From Chiloscyllium plagiosum (taxonomy: Eukaryota), in assembly GCF_004010195.1 (NCBI RefSeq), contig NC_057718.1, forward strand, positions 17,614,028 to 17,678,027: DNA of 64,000 nucleotides, read 5' to 3'. The notes under the pieces are model-generated. The model ran no database searches, was not told the origin of the DNA, and saw nothing but the letters and a program-made list of their open reading frames with translations. Made by a program: the position numbers and the translations under genes. Shown piece by piece: positions 12,662 to 25,876 of this stretch. How positions within the stretch are numbered: position 1 is the first letter of the stretch; every line of letters begins with the position of its first letter.

Positions 12662-13392
12662 CTGTTAGAGGGAGAAACAAGACTTAGTTGGAGTCATTCT
12701 CAATTTCTCAAATGTAACACCAGGTGCACCAACTTGTTTATGTGCTGACAATTTTCCATTTCTCTCTGGTTGCTGCTCACAAGCACATTCATCCTGCGAC
12801 AATTCCTTACCATGATCCTCTCCTCAGAATGCTGGGGAATGGCTCTGCACACACTGAAAAAATATCCACTTACTTCTGTTCCCAAGCAGTGACGGCTGAC
12901 GCTTGGGGGATAGATTGGGAGTGGTCAAAGTCTTGAAACTCACAATCCTGCCTCTTACCCTGTCCATTCCACCTTTAACCGGGAGCTGGGAACATGGATG
13001 AAGAGCCAGCCCATTCTAAGGCAAGGATTAGGATTCTGGGTTGGCTCCTTAAGTATTTAAGTGGTTGTGAGTTTTTTAAATGGTGGAGGGCCAGCTATGT
13101 ATAGCTGAGGGATTCTAGCTTCATGAGCTAAGGATGCCTGCTTGGATCAGCCCTGCCATTGGACACCCCATACCGACTTCAGACCAGCTGCCCATTGAGG
13201 TTCTGCTCCCTATCCTTTCCCAGGGTCAGTGCTCGGCCTTTGGACAGTGGAACCAGTTGGTCCAGTCACACATACCTCGACCTCTGATCCTTTCACACAT
13301 TACCCACAATGCCTCTCCTCTGAGTCGTCTGATGAGTTTACATTCTGTCCCCATAGTCTATTCTACTGTTGGGGTGCCAGAGCCGGATTTGG

Positions 13393-13397
<5 letters not shown>

Positions 13398-13447
<50 letters not shown>
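13398..13447. repeat. (CA)25 microsatellite in the last intron
   Basis: Direct inspection. Confidence 0.98.
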
Positions 13448-13448
<1 letters not shown>

Positions 13449-14029
13449 CCTGATTGCTGTGTTGCCATCCAGGAATACTGGCACTGCTCCATTTCAGATC
13501 CATGATCTGTGCAAAGGCTACACTTGATTCTGGAGTCTCCTTGTGATGTATGTGTCATCGGGGCACTTGGTGCACAGCACGGAGAAGGAAGTGAGCCACA
13601 TTTCAAATGGGAGGCTCCATCTAAAGAGAAAGAGGTGACACAGCAAAGGAAGTGGATTGCCGTTTCAATGTCACATTCACATTGCCCAATTCTGTGAAAG
13701 GAATTATTGGCAACTTTGGAGCTTAGTTTGAGAATGGATCTAAGCTCCCGAGCCAAGAAGCAAAGCTGAAGTAAATCTGGAGGCACAATTTGGTCTGGAC
13801 TGAAACAGGGTGTTATCAGATTGGCTGCCTGTTACACTCAGTTTCACTGCAGTCAATTACCACAAGCGAGTGACTCATTAAAATGTTACATTTCAGGCTT
13901 CAGATTAATGACTTGCAGTGTTTATCTTTTCCTCACAGACCAGTTTGTAGCTGTAACAAACACAACTAATATGACGTTTTGAAATATGATGCCTACATTA
14001 TGGCATTGATCTCTTACATACATTTTCAT

Positions 14030-14378
14030 AGTTAAAAATCACACAACACCAGGTTATAGTCCAACAGGTTTAATTGGAAGCACACTAGCTTTCGGAGCGA
14101 CACTCCTTCATCAGGTGATAATGGAGGGTTCAATCCTAACACAGAATTTATAGCAAGAATTTATAGTGTGATGTAACTGAAATTATACATTGAAGAATTG
14201 ATTGTCTATTAAGCCTTTCATCTGTTAGAATACAGTGATAGTTTCACTTCTTTCATGTGTAAATCACAAAACCTTTTTTTTAAAAAGTTGCATTCTCGGG
14301 TTAGCTCTTAACAGTGGTGATAGCTAGACAATACGTTGAAGGTGTTAGCCCCCTGTGTTCTCTGTCTATGCCATGATG
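14030..14378 (-). mobile_element. PLE 3' fragment (second family) with hammerhead and 12-bp TSD
   Basis: TSD atacattttcat at 14018-14029 and 14379-14390; hammerhead at 14083-14117. Confidence 0.8.
14083..14117 (-). ncRNA. Minimal hammerhead ribozyme
   Basis: Minus strand cac-CUGAUGA-a-GGAG-ugucg-CUCC-GAAA-G-CUA-gug; stem I cac/gug, palindromic stem III AGCU. Confidence 0.75.
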
Positions 14379-16218
14379 ATACATTTTCATCACTTTTATT
14401 ATTCTTTAAGAACCAACTTGGTCATATCAAAACCGGATCTTTCTGTTTCTCACTCTTTTTAATGTATTACCATCTTTTTGATATGTGATCCACGTTTTAG
14501 CGCACACTGTAGTGGTTCAGTACCACCTTCTTAAGGCCAGTTAGGGATGGAACAATGAATGCAATTTTCTTTCCACAAAGCATCATCATATGGAATGAAT
14601 GAGCTCTTTGATGCTGTGGATCTCCTATTTTCTCATTCTTTTCCTCTTGTTGACTCAGATTTCTTTAAGTTGCACAGTTCTGTGCAGGTAAGTATGAAGG
14701 AAGGTTTTTGTAGTGTGGCCAATTTAGCAAATGTTGTAATTTAGTTCAATCTCTTTTCGTTTTATTCATTCATGAGACACAGGCATCACTGGCTAGGTCA
14801 GCATTTACTGCCCATCCCTAAATGTCCAGAGGGCAGTTAAGGTGGGTGGGTCTGGAGTCACAGTTCGGCCAGGCTGGGTAAGAATGTCAGATTTCCTTCC
14901 CTGAAGGCCATTAGTCAACCAGATGGATTTTTATGACAATTGACAGTGGTTACAATGATCATCATTAGACTAGCTTTAAAATTAATCTAAATTTCACCAT
15001 CTGCCATGGTGGGACATGAATCCATGTCCTCAGAATATTAGCCTGGGTTAGTGGGTAGCAAGTTCGGCAAATTACCACTACACCACCACCTCCCATTGTC
15101 TTTTGACAAGGAACCACCTTTTACTATCAACAATGTGCATTTCAACATTGATGCAGTAAAAAGAAAATGATGCTTCACAGGGACAAAAAGGATTCCTATC
15201 AGCTGCCGAAGAATTGGGAGGTTTAAAAAGTGAACCCAAGAGTAGGGCAAAGGGGCAGGACCAAAGAATATTGGCGAGAACAGTAAGTCAGAGGACATTG
15301 GCTGGGACAGGGCCATTGATGGGCCTAACGGCAAAGATAAAGGAGAAAAAAGAATCCGTCTTCAACTTTGCCTTAAAGTGTGGTGGAAGCAGATTCAATC
15401 GTGACTTTCAAGAGGGCTGTGTGGGAGAGTGAATGGGGAGTCAGACCAATTTATGTAACTCTTTCAAAAAGTCATGCAAAGCACAAAGGAGTTGATGATC
15501 TCCTGTTCTGGCATTATGATTCTCCAACCGGCAAACAGGAAAGCGCAGAGAGAGATGGGGAGGTGGGATTTCTGTTCCAGTGTACAGGGTGGGGGAATAA
15601 AGGGAGGAAACAGGATATTTCCCATATGGGTGGTGTGTCTATCCTCTCCACTCTTCACAGTCCAGGCTCACGGCCAGCTCCTGGAACCTCGACTGGGTCA
15701 GGAACAGCTATCTGCTGGCAAGGCAGCTTGTTAACTCAATCTAAGGATTAATTAAAACAGGTGACCTGAAGGTGACTGAGTGTCCTATTGAGCCCCTCAG
15801 CTTCAAGAGCATTAACTGGAGGAAAAGTGTCTCCTGAGCCACTCGCTGGCCAGTCCTGGGAAGGTTGCTGCTGAGTGATGTTCCTGATGGTACGGAGTGG
15901 AGACTTGTGATTGATCCTGACACTGGGGTCCTGAGCCCAAACAGAAAATGCTGTCCCCAGTGCGAGAAACTTGGCATTCTTGTCAGGTACTCGTCCTGTG
16001 GTTGGTGAGGAGAGTGCTGGAGAAGTTGATTCTTGCCTTGTTGGAAGAGTGGATCAGGAGCTCAGCTGTAATGGAAGGTAAGTGCGTAGCAGAGACAGCC
16101 ACAGCTGTGCTGATGTGAAAAAGCAGTTTTTGTACTGGATATAAGAGGGGGTTGAAGCTCATCCCAGGACTGAATAGGATGCTGGAGTCATGTGCTAACA
16201 GACTGAACCTAAATTTAT

Positions 16219-16540
16219 GGGCGGCACGGTGGCACAGTGGTTAGCACTGCTGCCTCACAGCGCCTGAGACCCGGGTTCAATTCCCGCCTCAGGCGACTGA
16301 CTGTGTGGAGTTTGCACGTTCTCCCCGTGTCTGCGTGGGTTTCCTCCGGGTGCTCCGGTTTCCTCCCACAGTCCAAAGATGTGCAGGTCAGGTAAATTGG
16401 CCATGCTAAATTGCCCGTAGTGTTAGGTAAGAGGTAAATGCAGGGGTATGGGTGGGTTGCGCTTCGGCGGGGCGGTGTGGACTTGTGGGGCCGAAGGGCC
16501 TGTTTCCACACTGTAAGTAATCTAATCTAATCTAATCTAA
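16219..16540 (+). mobile_element. Full-length young tRNA-derived SINE (shark HE1/V-SINE-like)
   Basis: A box TGGCACAGTGG 16230-16240, B box GGTTCAATTCC 16274-16284, V-domain-like gtttcctccgggtgctccggtttcctcccacagtccaaag, (TAATC)n tail, flanking ctaaatt duplication. Confidence 0.92.
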
Positions 16541-18262
16541 ATTGGGAACTGGGAGGGAGGATGAATGCCTCAAGTACAGAAGGCTTGGTGGGAAAGGATT
16601 TATCTCCTTAATGAGCCTTCTAATTACACAGCAAATTACTTTTACTTTCAGAAATTCTCACAGGTACCATTCACTTTAATTCTTGTTCATTATTAAAGAT
16701 TAACTATTCCCTCATTAAAGTCTCAGATTCTCTTAGAGTATATTCCAATAAGTCCTAGGCCACAGTGCTAATAAATAGCCAACTTGCAAGAAGCCACATA
16801 TGGCCTCGCTGCCTGAGAACAGCTGACTCAATCCAGTCCAGGGTCTGAACCTGACAAATTCTTACTGGTAGATTTCAGTGACATGCACTACGCTTACCAA
16901 TGATAAGGCAGCAATTCAGACCATTCAGAACTGTAAGGATCATCGGGGAGCCTGAGCCTAGGTGTACCCAGGGCTGCTCCTAATGTTTGCAGTAAACCAT
17001 TGAAAATGTTTCCAGTTTTCCAGCACTCTTCACCACTATCGGACGTCTTGAGGTGCTTTGCAGTCACCTGGGTAGTCCTGAAGTGTAGTCACTATCATAG
17101 TTAAATGTGTACTCTGCAAACTCCCACAAACAGCTATCTGGTGATGAGCCAGCAGTCTGTTTTTTGATAAATATTGGCCGGGATTCTGGGCATAACACTT
17201 CAAAAAAGAACAATGGGACTGTTGACATCATCCCAACATGGGGCCTTGGTTTAACATTTCATGTCAAAGGCAGCAGCTTCAATAGTGCGATACTCTCTGA
17301 CCAATGCACTGGAGTGTCAGCTGGGATTTGTTTCTGCTCTAAACTACAATTACCACATCAGGTTTGAGATCCAGCACCCGTCTCCTTTTGTAACCAAGAA
17401 CTAAGAAGCTGCACACATCCTTCCTCTTCTCCCAGCTACTTATTATGAGCTTTCTTTAAATAGTGAATTGCCAAGTGCATTTGAGTAATTGCCACTGAAA
17501 AGCAATGGAGCTGAATTAACAATAGGAAAGATGCAGTAATTAACCTAGAGTAATTCAGCAACCCCTTGAGTTAATTCAGTTCTCTCTCTCAATGCTTGGC
17601 TCAATAACACTTCCTAGTCAATTATTCCAAAGTCATCTGTGTGTTCTGTTCGCAGTATAAATATTCCATTAATAAAAAAATTAACAAGTGGGATGTTAAA
17701 GGAGAGGGTAATAAATGCAGATCTAACAGATCTTTTCAAATGAATGACCCATTAAATGTTGGGAGCTACACACTAGAACTTGAGGTGGTTCAAAGGGCTT
17801 TATTTTGTTTCAAAATCTTGAATGAGTATGTTTATAACAAGTTTACAAATTATTCCACAGTGTATTACTAATTTGGTCCATTTACTAATCTATACTGGAA
17901 GAGCTACTTTCTGAATAACCTGCTGACGACTGGCCCAGTTGGCTGAAGACTGAATTTGGAATATACTGTCAGATCAGAGGCACATTTATTGAGATATTTC
18001 TCATTTGACAATTAATCCGTACTGGCTTCCTCCTCTTTTGAAAATGCAGTTTCCCCCACTGGGGAAGGATTCCAAGAGCACCAATTAACTTGCAAAAACT
18101 TGCCCATTATTCACTGATGAGCTTCCTCTCTGGTCCTGTAAGGGCACTGTAGCTGATCCTGATTCCATGCTTACCTTCTGTGAACACATGCATACAATTC
18201 CTTTTTGCTCTTTGGATGTGAACTGCACTGGCAAAGTCATTTATTTTCTATCCTTAATTAAA

Positions 18263-18675
18263 GTCACAGAGCTGTACAGCATGGAAACAGATCCTTTGGT
18301 CCAACTCATCCATTTCAACCAGATATCCTAAATTAATCTAGTCCCATTTACCAGCATTTAGCCCATATCTATTTAAACCCTTCCGATTCATATACCCATC
18401 CAGATGCCTTTTAAATGTTGTAATTGTACCAGCCTCCACAACTTCTTCTGGCAGCTCATTCCATACATGCACCATCCTCTACATGAAAACGTTGTCCCTG
18501 AGGTTCCTTCCAAATCTTTCCGCTCGCACCTTAACCTTATGTCCTTGAGCTTTGGACTCCCCTATTCTGGGGAAAAGACCTTGACTGTCACCTTATCCAT
18601 GCCCTTCATGATTTTTTTAAACTTCTGAAAGGTCACCCTCAGCCTCTGACCCTCCAGGAAAATAGCCCTAACCTT
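18263..18675 (-). mobile_element. CR1 LINE 3' fragment
   Basis: Same 3' sequence as the 4733 and 53115 copies. Confidence 0.88.
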
Positions 18676-18679
18676 TACA

Positions 18680-18975
18680 GGGCGGCATGGTGGCTCAGTG
18701 GTTAGCACTGCTGCCTCACAGCACCAGGGTCCCAGGTTCAATTGCAGCCTGAGGTGACTGTCTGTGTGGAGTTTACACCATTCTCCGGGTGCTCTGGTTT
18801 CCTCCCACAGTCCAAAGATGTGCAGGTCAGGTGAATTGGCCATGCTAAATTGCCCATAGTGTTAGGTGTATTGGTCAGAAGGAAATGAGTCTGGGTGGGC
18901 TACTCTTCATTGGTGTGGATTGGTTGGGCCAAAGGGCCTGTTTCCACACAGTAGGGAATCAAATCTAATCTAATC
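18680..18975 (+). mobile_element. tRNA-derived SINE, same family
   Basis: A/B boxes and taatc tail; internal deletion. Confidence 0.9.
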
Positions 18976-19199
18976 AGCTTTGCCTTTGTGTGCAGTAGTT
19001 TGATACAACTCAGTGATAGATTATGTGGGTAGTTAAGAATCAACATGTAGGCTGGGCTCACTAAGGTTTTCTGAATGGTAATAGTGAATCCGATGCATTT
19101 TTATGACAATGTGGACATTTCATGATTATCAACCTCAAACCTCACACACTTTCCTTAACCAGTTATACAGGAGTATACTCAGAAAGAGGGACAACATAC

Positions 19200-19381
19200 C
19201 TTTGTAGGAGCTCTGTAACAGGGCACTGGGATCCACTGCTTCTTCTGGTTGACGAGCAGCAGAGCTATGACTAGGATAAGAGCAATCATGATGGGCAGTG
19301 CTACCCAAGCCACTGAGTGTATGGCAGAGTCTTCATTGTACCGAGGATAGTCTCCACCTATTGTGTTTACATGGAGATTCT
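19200..19381 (-). CDS. CRIM1: CRIM1 coding exon (~16), transmembrane helix; 182 nt, phase 1-0
   Basis: ENLHVNTIGGDYPRYNEDSAIHSVAWVALPIMIALILVIALLLVNQKKQWIPVPCYRAPTK; hydrophobic stretch followed by NQKKQWIP; acceptor ctccaacag|, donor AAG|gtatgt. Confidence 0.96.
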
Positions 19382-21371
19382 CTGTTGGAGATGAAGAAAA
19401 AAGACAAAGTCTAATGTTAGCAGAGGTGGGGGGGGGGGAGTTACACTGAGGCAATGACCATTCAACGTGGTAGCCTTTTGGGTGGGTGGGGGCACACATT
19501 TTCAGTACCACCAAGATATTTATTCTTTTCATGGGAGATAGCATCACTGGCAAAGTCAGTACTCTTTGCCCATCTCCAAGTATCCTTGCTAAGCCATTTA
19601 GAAGTCAGACGTTTTGCTGTGTGGGTGTGGAGTCACACACAGATCAGCAGATTTCCTTCCCGTGAGGGCAAAGTGAGCCAGATGGGTTTTAAAACAACAA
19701 TTAGCAGTGACTATGTGATCGCCATTAGGTTAGCCTTTGAATCCAGACTTTTACTGAATTCAAGTGTCACCGTCTGCCATGGTGGGACTTGAAGCTACAA
19801 CCCCAGGACATTTGCCTCGGGTTCTGGATTACCGGATCGGTGATGGACCATCACAAACTGGAGACCACAAACCCGCCCACTGCTGCTGAGCTGTTTTGCT
19901 GAGATAGAGCATTCAAATTTGTACACAGAAACTGAGATGAGAAGATGCCTGTTCAGTTCCGGTTTCAGTATTGCAAAAAAGCTATAGATGTGGAGTCACT
20001 GTGTCGGTTCAGAAAAAGATGTAGAAGGCTGATTCCAGGACAGGAAAAGGTTGTACAGGTGACAGCTCTTTTCTCTAGAAAAGACATGGCTAAGAGTTGA
20101 CATGTTACAGGTCTTTAAGATGACAAAGGGGTTCCATGGGTTAGATGTGGGGAAACTATTTCCATTTGTGGGGAGACCAGAACTAGGGGTGATAAATACA
20201 AGATAATCGCCAATAAATCCAATTGGGAGTTCAGGAGATATTTCTCTATCAACAGACTGTAGGAGGTGTTACCTCACGGAGAAGAAGTAGAAATAAAATT
20301 AAGGTAAATTAATATTTTTAAACACTCTTTCCTGGGATGTGGGCTTTACTGACAAAGCCAGCTTTTGCTGTCCAACTCATTGCCCTTGAACTGACTGGAT
20401 TGCTCGGTCATTTCAGAGGGTCTGGAGTCACATGGGGGCCAGACCAGGTAACAGCTTTCCTTCCCCCACAGGATATGAGTCAACTGGTTTGGGTTTTTAC
20501 AACAGCTGAAAATGGATAGCTTCATGGTCAGTATTACCAAAACCAGCTTTTATTTTCACATTCTTATTCAACTTAATTTAAACAACAGCAGTTACCACAG
20601 TGGGTTTTGACCCAGAGCATAACCCATAGTGAAATAACCACTATACCACATCCTCCCCCGTATGACCAGGAGCAGGAGGTTGACCCCCTATAGCCCACAC
20701 AATCATTCAAGTTGATTATGTGAGCTGACTTAGCCCCAAATTTACATTCCACATATTTACATACACGAGAAGAAGTGAATAAGATTTGCTGATCGGGTGA
20801 ATGAGGTAATATGACACACTTGAAAGCAGTGGGAAAGCAGACAGGGTGTATACAATCTGCCGTCACCTTTTACACATTCCAGCCCAAACTGAACAGTCTG
20901 GAAGGTGTCAAGGGAACAATAGATTTAATAAATGAATAAATCTTTTATCTGTTGAGCAACAGGAACTAAAAAAGGTGGAGATGCCAGCTATCACAAGAAT
21001 GCCTGCATTAATCTCAGTAAAGGCTGCTGACTCACGATTTACAAAGTTCATAGCAGTACAATGCTTCGTGTCTTCCGCAGGCCTATCTCCTGGGAACTGC
21101 TGACGAACAATCCTTGAATGATAAAGGGCACTGAATGACTAGTTTACTGAGCAGGCCACGATTCTAGGATTCTCTCTGACGCTGGTGAATTTTACAGGCT
21201 ACCTCACAAGACAAATAAATGCAGCACTGCTTTACAAATAATTACCCACATTAACAATATCTCATCGAGAGCTGAAGCAGATGCTTTCGGATGGAATGAT
21301 TTTCAAAATCTTTGAGATCACAGCACCTCAATAAACATGTTTCATGCTCAATGATTAACCCTCTCCTGCGA

Positions 21372-22738
21372 CTGATCAGGTGTACCCGAGAACTCTGTGG
21401 GAAGCTAGAGAAGTGATTGCTGGGCCTCTTGCTGAGATATTTGTATCATCGATAGTCACAGGTGAGGTGCCGGAAGACTGGAGGTTGGCAAACATGGTGC
21501 CACTATTTAAGAAGGGCGGTAAAGATAAGTCAGGGCAAGTTGTTGAAGGGAATCCTGAGGGACAGGATGTACATGTATTTGGAAAGGCAAGGACTGATTC
21601 AGGATAGTCAACATGGCTTTGTGCGTGGGAAATCATGTCTCACAAACTTGATAGACTTTTTTTGAAGAAGTAACAAAGAAGATTGATGAGGGCAGAGCAG
21701 TAGATGTGATCTACATGGACTTCAGTAAGGCGTTCGACAAGGTTCCCCATGGGAGACTGATTTGCAAGGTTAGATCTCATGGAATACAGGGAGAACTAGC
21801 CATTTGGATACAGAACTGGCTCAAAGGTAGAAGACAGAGGGTGGTGGTGGAGGGTTGTTTTTCAGACTGGAGGCCTGTGACCAGTNNNNNNNNNNNNNNN
21901 NNNNNNNNNNNNNNNNNNNNNNNNNNNNNNNNNNNNNNNNNNNNNNNNNNNNNNNNNNNNNNNNNNNNNNNNNNNNNNNNNNNNNNNNNNNNNNNNNNNN
22001 NNNNNNNNNNNNNNNNNNNNNNNNNNNNNNNNNNNNNNNNNNNNNNNNNNNNNNNNNNNNNNNNNNNNNNNNNNNNNNNNNNNNNNNNNNNNNNNNNNNN
22101 NNNNNNNNNNNNNNNNNNNNNNNNNNNNNNNNNNNNNNNNNNNNNNNNNNNNNNNNNNNNNNNNNNNNNNNNNNNNNNNNNNNNNNNNNNNNNNNNNNNN
22201 NNNNNNNNNNNNNNNNNNNNNNNNNNNNNNNNNNNNNNNNNNNNNNNNNNNNNNNNNNNNNNNNNNNNNNNNNNNNNNNNNNNNNNNNNNNNNNNNNNNN
22301 NNNNNNNNNNNNNNNNNNNNNNNNNNNNNNNNNNNNNNNNNNNNNNNNNNNNNNNNNNNNNNNNNNNNNNNNNNNNNNNNNNNNNNNNNNNNNNNNNNNN
22401 NNNNNNNNNNNNNNNNNNTCCCTGGGGTCGGGGAGTCCAGAACTAGAGGGCATAGGTTTAGGGTGAGAGGGGAAAGATATAAAAGAGACCTCAGGGGCAA
22501 CTTTTTCACGCAGAGGGTGGTACGTGTATGAAATCAGCTGCCAGAGGAAGTGGTGGAGGCTGGTACAATTGCAACATTTAAGAAGCATCTGGATGGGTAT
22601 ATGAATAGGAAGTGTTTAGAGGGATATGGGCCGGGTGCTGGCAGGTGGGACTAGATTGGGTTGGGATATCTGGTTGGCATGGATGGGTTGGACCGAAGGG
22701 TCTGTTTCCATGCTGTACATCTCCATGACTCTATGACT
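21372..22738 (+). mobile_element. CR1 LINE, 5'-truncated RT region, spanning the assembly gap
   Basis: GEVPEDWRLANMVPLFKKG, QHGFVRGKSCLTNL, IYMDFSKAFDKVPH; 3' tail ctccatgactctatgact. Confidence 0.95.
21886..22418. other. Assembly gap (533 N)
   Basis: Run of N inside the CR1 copy. Confidence 1.
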
Positions 22739-23722
22739 GCTGGAATGTTGATTTCCCCCTTGTCTTGCCCTCTCCTCCCAGGACGATCACATTTCAAGCA
22801 GGAATCACCAGTTGTGCTGAGAGGTGGCTTTCAGATTAGGAGGAAGAGAGCTGTTGCTGTTCCTATCCAGCAGCCTCCCTTGGCAGTGCAAGTGTGTTGG
22901 CAGAATGGTACATGGCAGGAATGCCTCCTACAGTCAATCATCCAGTGGGCCAGGATTGCAAGCGATGACAATCCACCAATTGGCAGCAGGAAGCCCACCG
23001 AGGCTCATCAGCAACCAATCAGCTGCAATTTTCCAACATGAATATAGACTTACGGCCATGATGGGGAGCTGTGCACTGTGCCAACAGCTCAGCGGGTTAC
23101 AGGTAGAGAGCGAGTGGCTGGAGGGCAAAATATTCAACATGGACATTGGGTTGGGGGTCTTGACAGGACAGATGGCGAAAGGGTGTTTCCCGTTGTGGGA
23201 GAGACTAAAATTAAGGAACGAAGTATAACACAGTGATGAGGGGAGTTTTTTTTCTCATTATTATGAGTCTTTGGAATGCCTTTCTCTCAAGAGGGAGAGT
23301 CACTGATTGTTTTTAAGGTTGCAATAGATACATTCTTGACTAAAGTAAAGTCGTCATATTGTGGGGCCACTTCCTCATTAGGTGGTGGTTTAACCTGAGG
23401 GTCGCCAACCTCACGTAAAGGGAGATGCTGAAAAGAAAAGTCCTTCGTGGTAACCTCAGCATGAGTGCAGGAACTGAACTCACATAGTTGGCATCACTCT
23501 ACATTGCAAGCCAGCCATCCAGCTAATTGAACTAACTATCTAAAACAGGAGTTAAAGATTATTGACAGAAGCCAAGAAGGTGGGGTTCTGGCTACTAGAA
23601 ATTGGTCTACTCTACTCCCACTCCTATTTTGTGGGCTGGTATGAATTGACTGGCCTGAGGTCCTTGACAGGCAAAAATGTCATAGTTTCCCTCCAACGTC
23701 CTGGTGGATGGAATAGTGAGGA

Positions 23723-23742
23723 ACACACACACACACACACAC
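23723..23742. repeat. (AC)10 microsatellite next to a splice donor
   Basis: Direct inspection. Confidence 0.95.
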
Positions 23743-23750
23743 TCACTTAC

Positions 23751-23879
23751 CATCGTCCCGAAGATGTGCAGGAATTTCATTCCCACTAGGAGTTGGCCAG
23801 AACGGGGCTTCCACTTCAATCTGTCCTCTTTGGTCAAACTTCTCAATGGGTATGTTGGTGGGTTCCGGAATGTACAGGT
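23751..23879 (-). CDS. CRIM1: CRIM1 coding exon (~15), juxtamembrane stalk; 129 nt, phase 1-1
   Basis: DLYIPEPTNIPIEKFDQRGQIEVEAPFWPTPSGNEIPAHLRDD; PEPTNIPIEK and WPTPS match CRIM1 as recalled; acceptor ctccctttag|, donor |gtaagt. Confidence 0.95.
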
Positions 23880-23970
23880 CTAAAGGGAGACAGGGATCGA
23901 GCAAAACAACATGAACGGCATCTGTGAATGGCCTCAGTCCTCCTGTAAGCAAACACTTGTACAGTTTGGA

Positions 23971-24103
23971 GAAAGTGAGGACTGCAGATGCTGGAGTACC
24001 AGAGTTGAAAAATGTGGTGCTGGAAAAACACAGCAGGAGCATTCTCCTGCTCCTCGGATGCTGCCTGGCCTGCTGTGTTTTTCCAGCACCACATTTTTCA
24101 ACC
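23971..24103. mobile_element. Inverted PLE pLTR insertion
   Basis: TSD cttgtacagtttgga at 23956-23970 and 24104-24118 (the last gga may belong to the element); inverted arms. Confidence 0.8.
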
Positions 24104-25681
24104 CTTGTACAGTTTGGACATACATTGCTGTCCTTGCCAGGAATGAACCCAGAAATGCTGCCTGGGATGAACAGATCTCAATGCTCCGGCATTGTGAAAC
24201 AAACACTGATGGAATCTGGAACCAAAACAAAACCATACCCAAACAAAACCATACCCAAACCATGCAAAGATTACACATGTTTTCCTCACTGGGATAGTGT
24301 GGGGGGTTCAGAAAGTCCTTACAACTAGAATGAAAGTACAAGTGCTTGCATTCACCTTGTTCCTCTAACATAGTGAAGCATTCCAAGCTGCTTCATGGTT
24401 GCATTCTCAACTAAAACTGAACTACATAAGGATTAGTGACTCTTAAAAGAAGGGGAAAGGTTTCAGAAGAAACTTTCAGAGCTCGGGGCCTGGGTAGCAG
24501 AAGGTACAGTTGCCATTGATGAACAAAACAAAATGCACCATGAAACTTTAATTATTGGCACTTTTAATATGAGCTGATTGTGACCATTGAGGCAAGGTGA
24601 CAAGTCCAGGGGTCACAAAAGATCCTTTGGAATTTGTCCTACTCTGTCTCTAACTCAGTCAGACAACATGTCAGTCAGAGAGGCAGGGCACTGAGTCACA
24701 GGGCCCAGACCATGCTGCAGCGAGACTGGCAGAGAGAAAGCTTCAAGGGACAGCCACAGTTTGAGGAATCTCTGTGCCTGTCTGAAGATCTTGACAGAAG
24801 TATAAAGGATAGGTTGATGAAGAGGGAATGAACCATGGCCAGAACTCCAAGTCAAAAACTAATTTTACCTGTAACAATATTTTTATTTTGCTTTCAAAGT
24901 TCTAGCATCCAACGTGCTTCATTAATAAGGTGAAATGTGTGGAGCAGTGTTAGTAATGAATGGATCTTTGGCTGTTCTACAAATGAAGGAGTCAATCAGT
25001 TTTAAATAAACACCAACATATCCTGTGAGCCAGAAGTTTCCTATGGATACATTTTGGATTTATTACCGATTGTGATAGCACTGAAGTCAGTTTACCATCG
25101 TTATGTGTAGGCACGGAAGTGTGGGGTGTGCGCTATGGAGCGTATGTGAGAATGAGGGAGTGGAGAGGGGTGTAATTCTTATTCAGAGGCATGGGTGGGA
25201 CAGCTGGGAATGCACTGTTGTCAAACTGAGGTCCAACTAAGGAAGAGGCTACTGCTTGATGGGAGGGTAGGTCAGGAGGATGAGGTAAAGGGTGAAGAGG
25301 AGGGCAAGTAAGGGTGACTCCTGGTTTGGGGGGGGGGGAGTAGGCCAGGATTCAGAGCATTAATCAATGGGACGAGTGAACAGTATGTGTGTGTGCAACG
25401 GGGGTACGATAGAGAAGCTGAGGGGGTGGGGGAGAGTGGTGTACAATGCAGGAAAAATGAGCTGCTAACTGGAGTCAGAGATTCAAGGGACGTATGTCTT
25501 GTTGTTTGCTTCTGAGAATAGGCAGGCTCTGTAAGAAGCAGATACTCTTCATTAACCGTAAGTAAAAGTCAATAAGGGGTGGAAAGTAAACAATGTGTGC
25601 ACTGGGAGGTGGTGACAGGGGTGGGGGGTGTCATCTCTGTCAGTTCTGGGATCGATAAAGCAGGGGAAGGCCTCTAATTAC

Positions 25682-25876
25682 CTGGGCACACAGGACAGCA
25701 GCTTCCATCCACGTAGACAGGTTCCAGGCAGGGGAGGGGAGGGCAGCTGACCGTGGAGCAGAGTGTCTGCCCTTGCAGGCAGTAACAGTGTGTACAGCTG
25801 TCGATGTCCCATCGCTCCTCATCCGCGTAGGTTTTCTCATTGAAGTGACACACGACTTTGCTCGGGATGCTCTCCT
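25682..25876 (-). CDS. CRIM1: CRIM1 coding exon (~14), last VWFC domain; 195 nt, phase 1-1
   Basis: Manual translation EESIPSKVVCHFNEKTYADEERWDIDSCTHCYCLQGQTLCSTVSCPPLPCLEPVYVDGSCCPVCP (this frame is not in the ORF track); acceptor ccttcgacag|, donor |gtaatt. Confidence 0.97.

Noticed and set aside
16219..16290. tRNA gene
   Set aside because: The A/B boxes are the head of a SINE with body, tail and multiple copies
21706..22588. Long ORFs of 200-255 aa in the ORF track
   Set aside because: Artefacts of reading through the N gap inside a CR1
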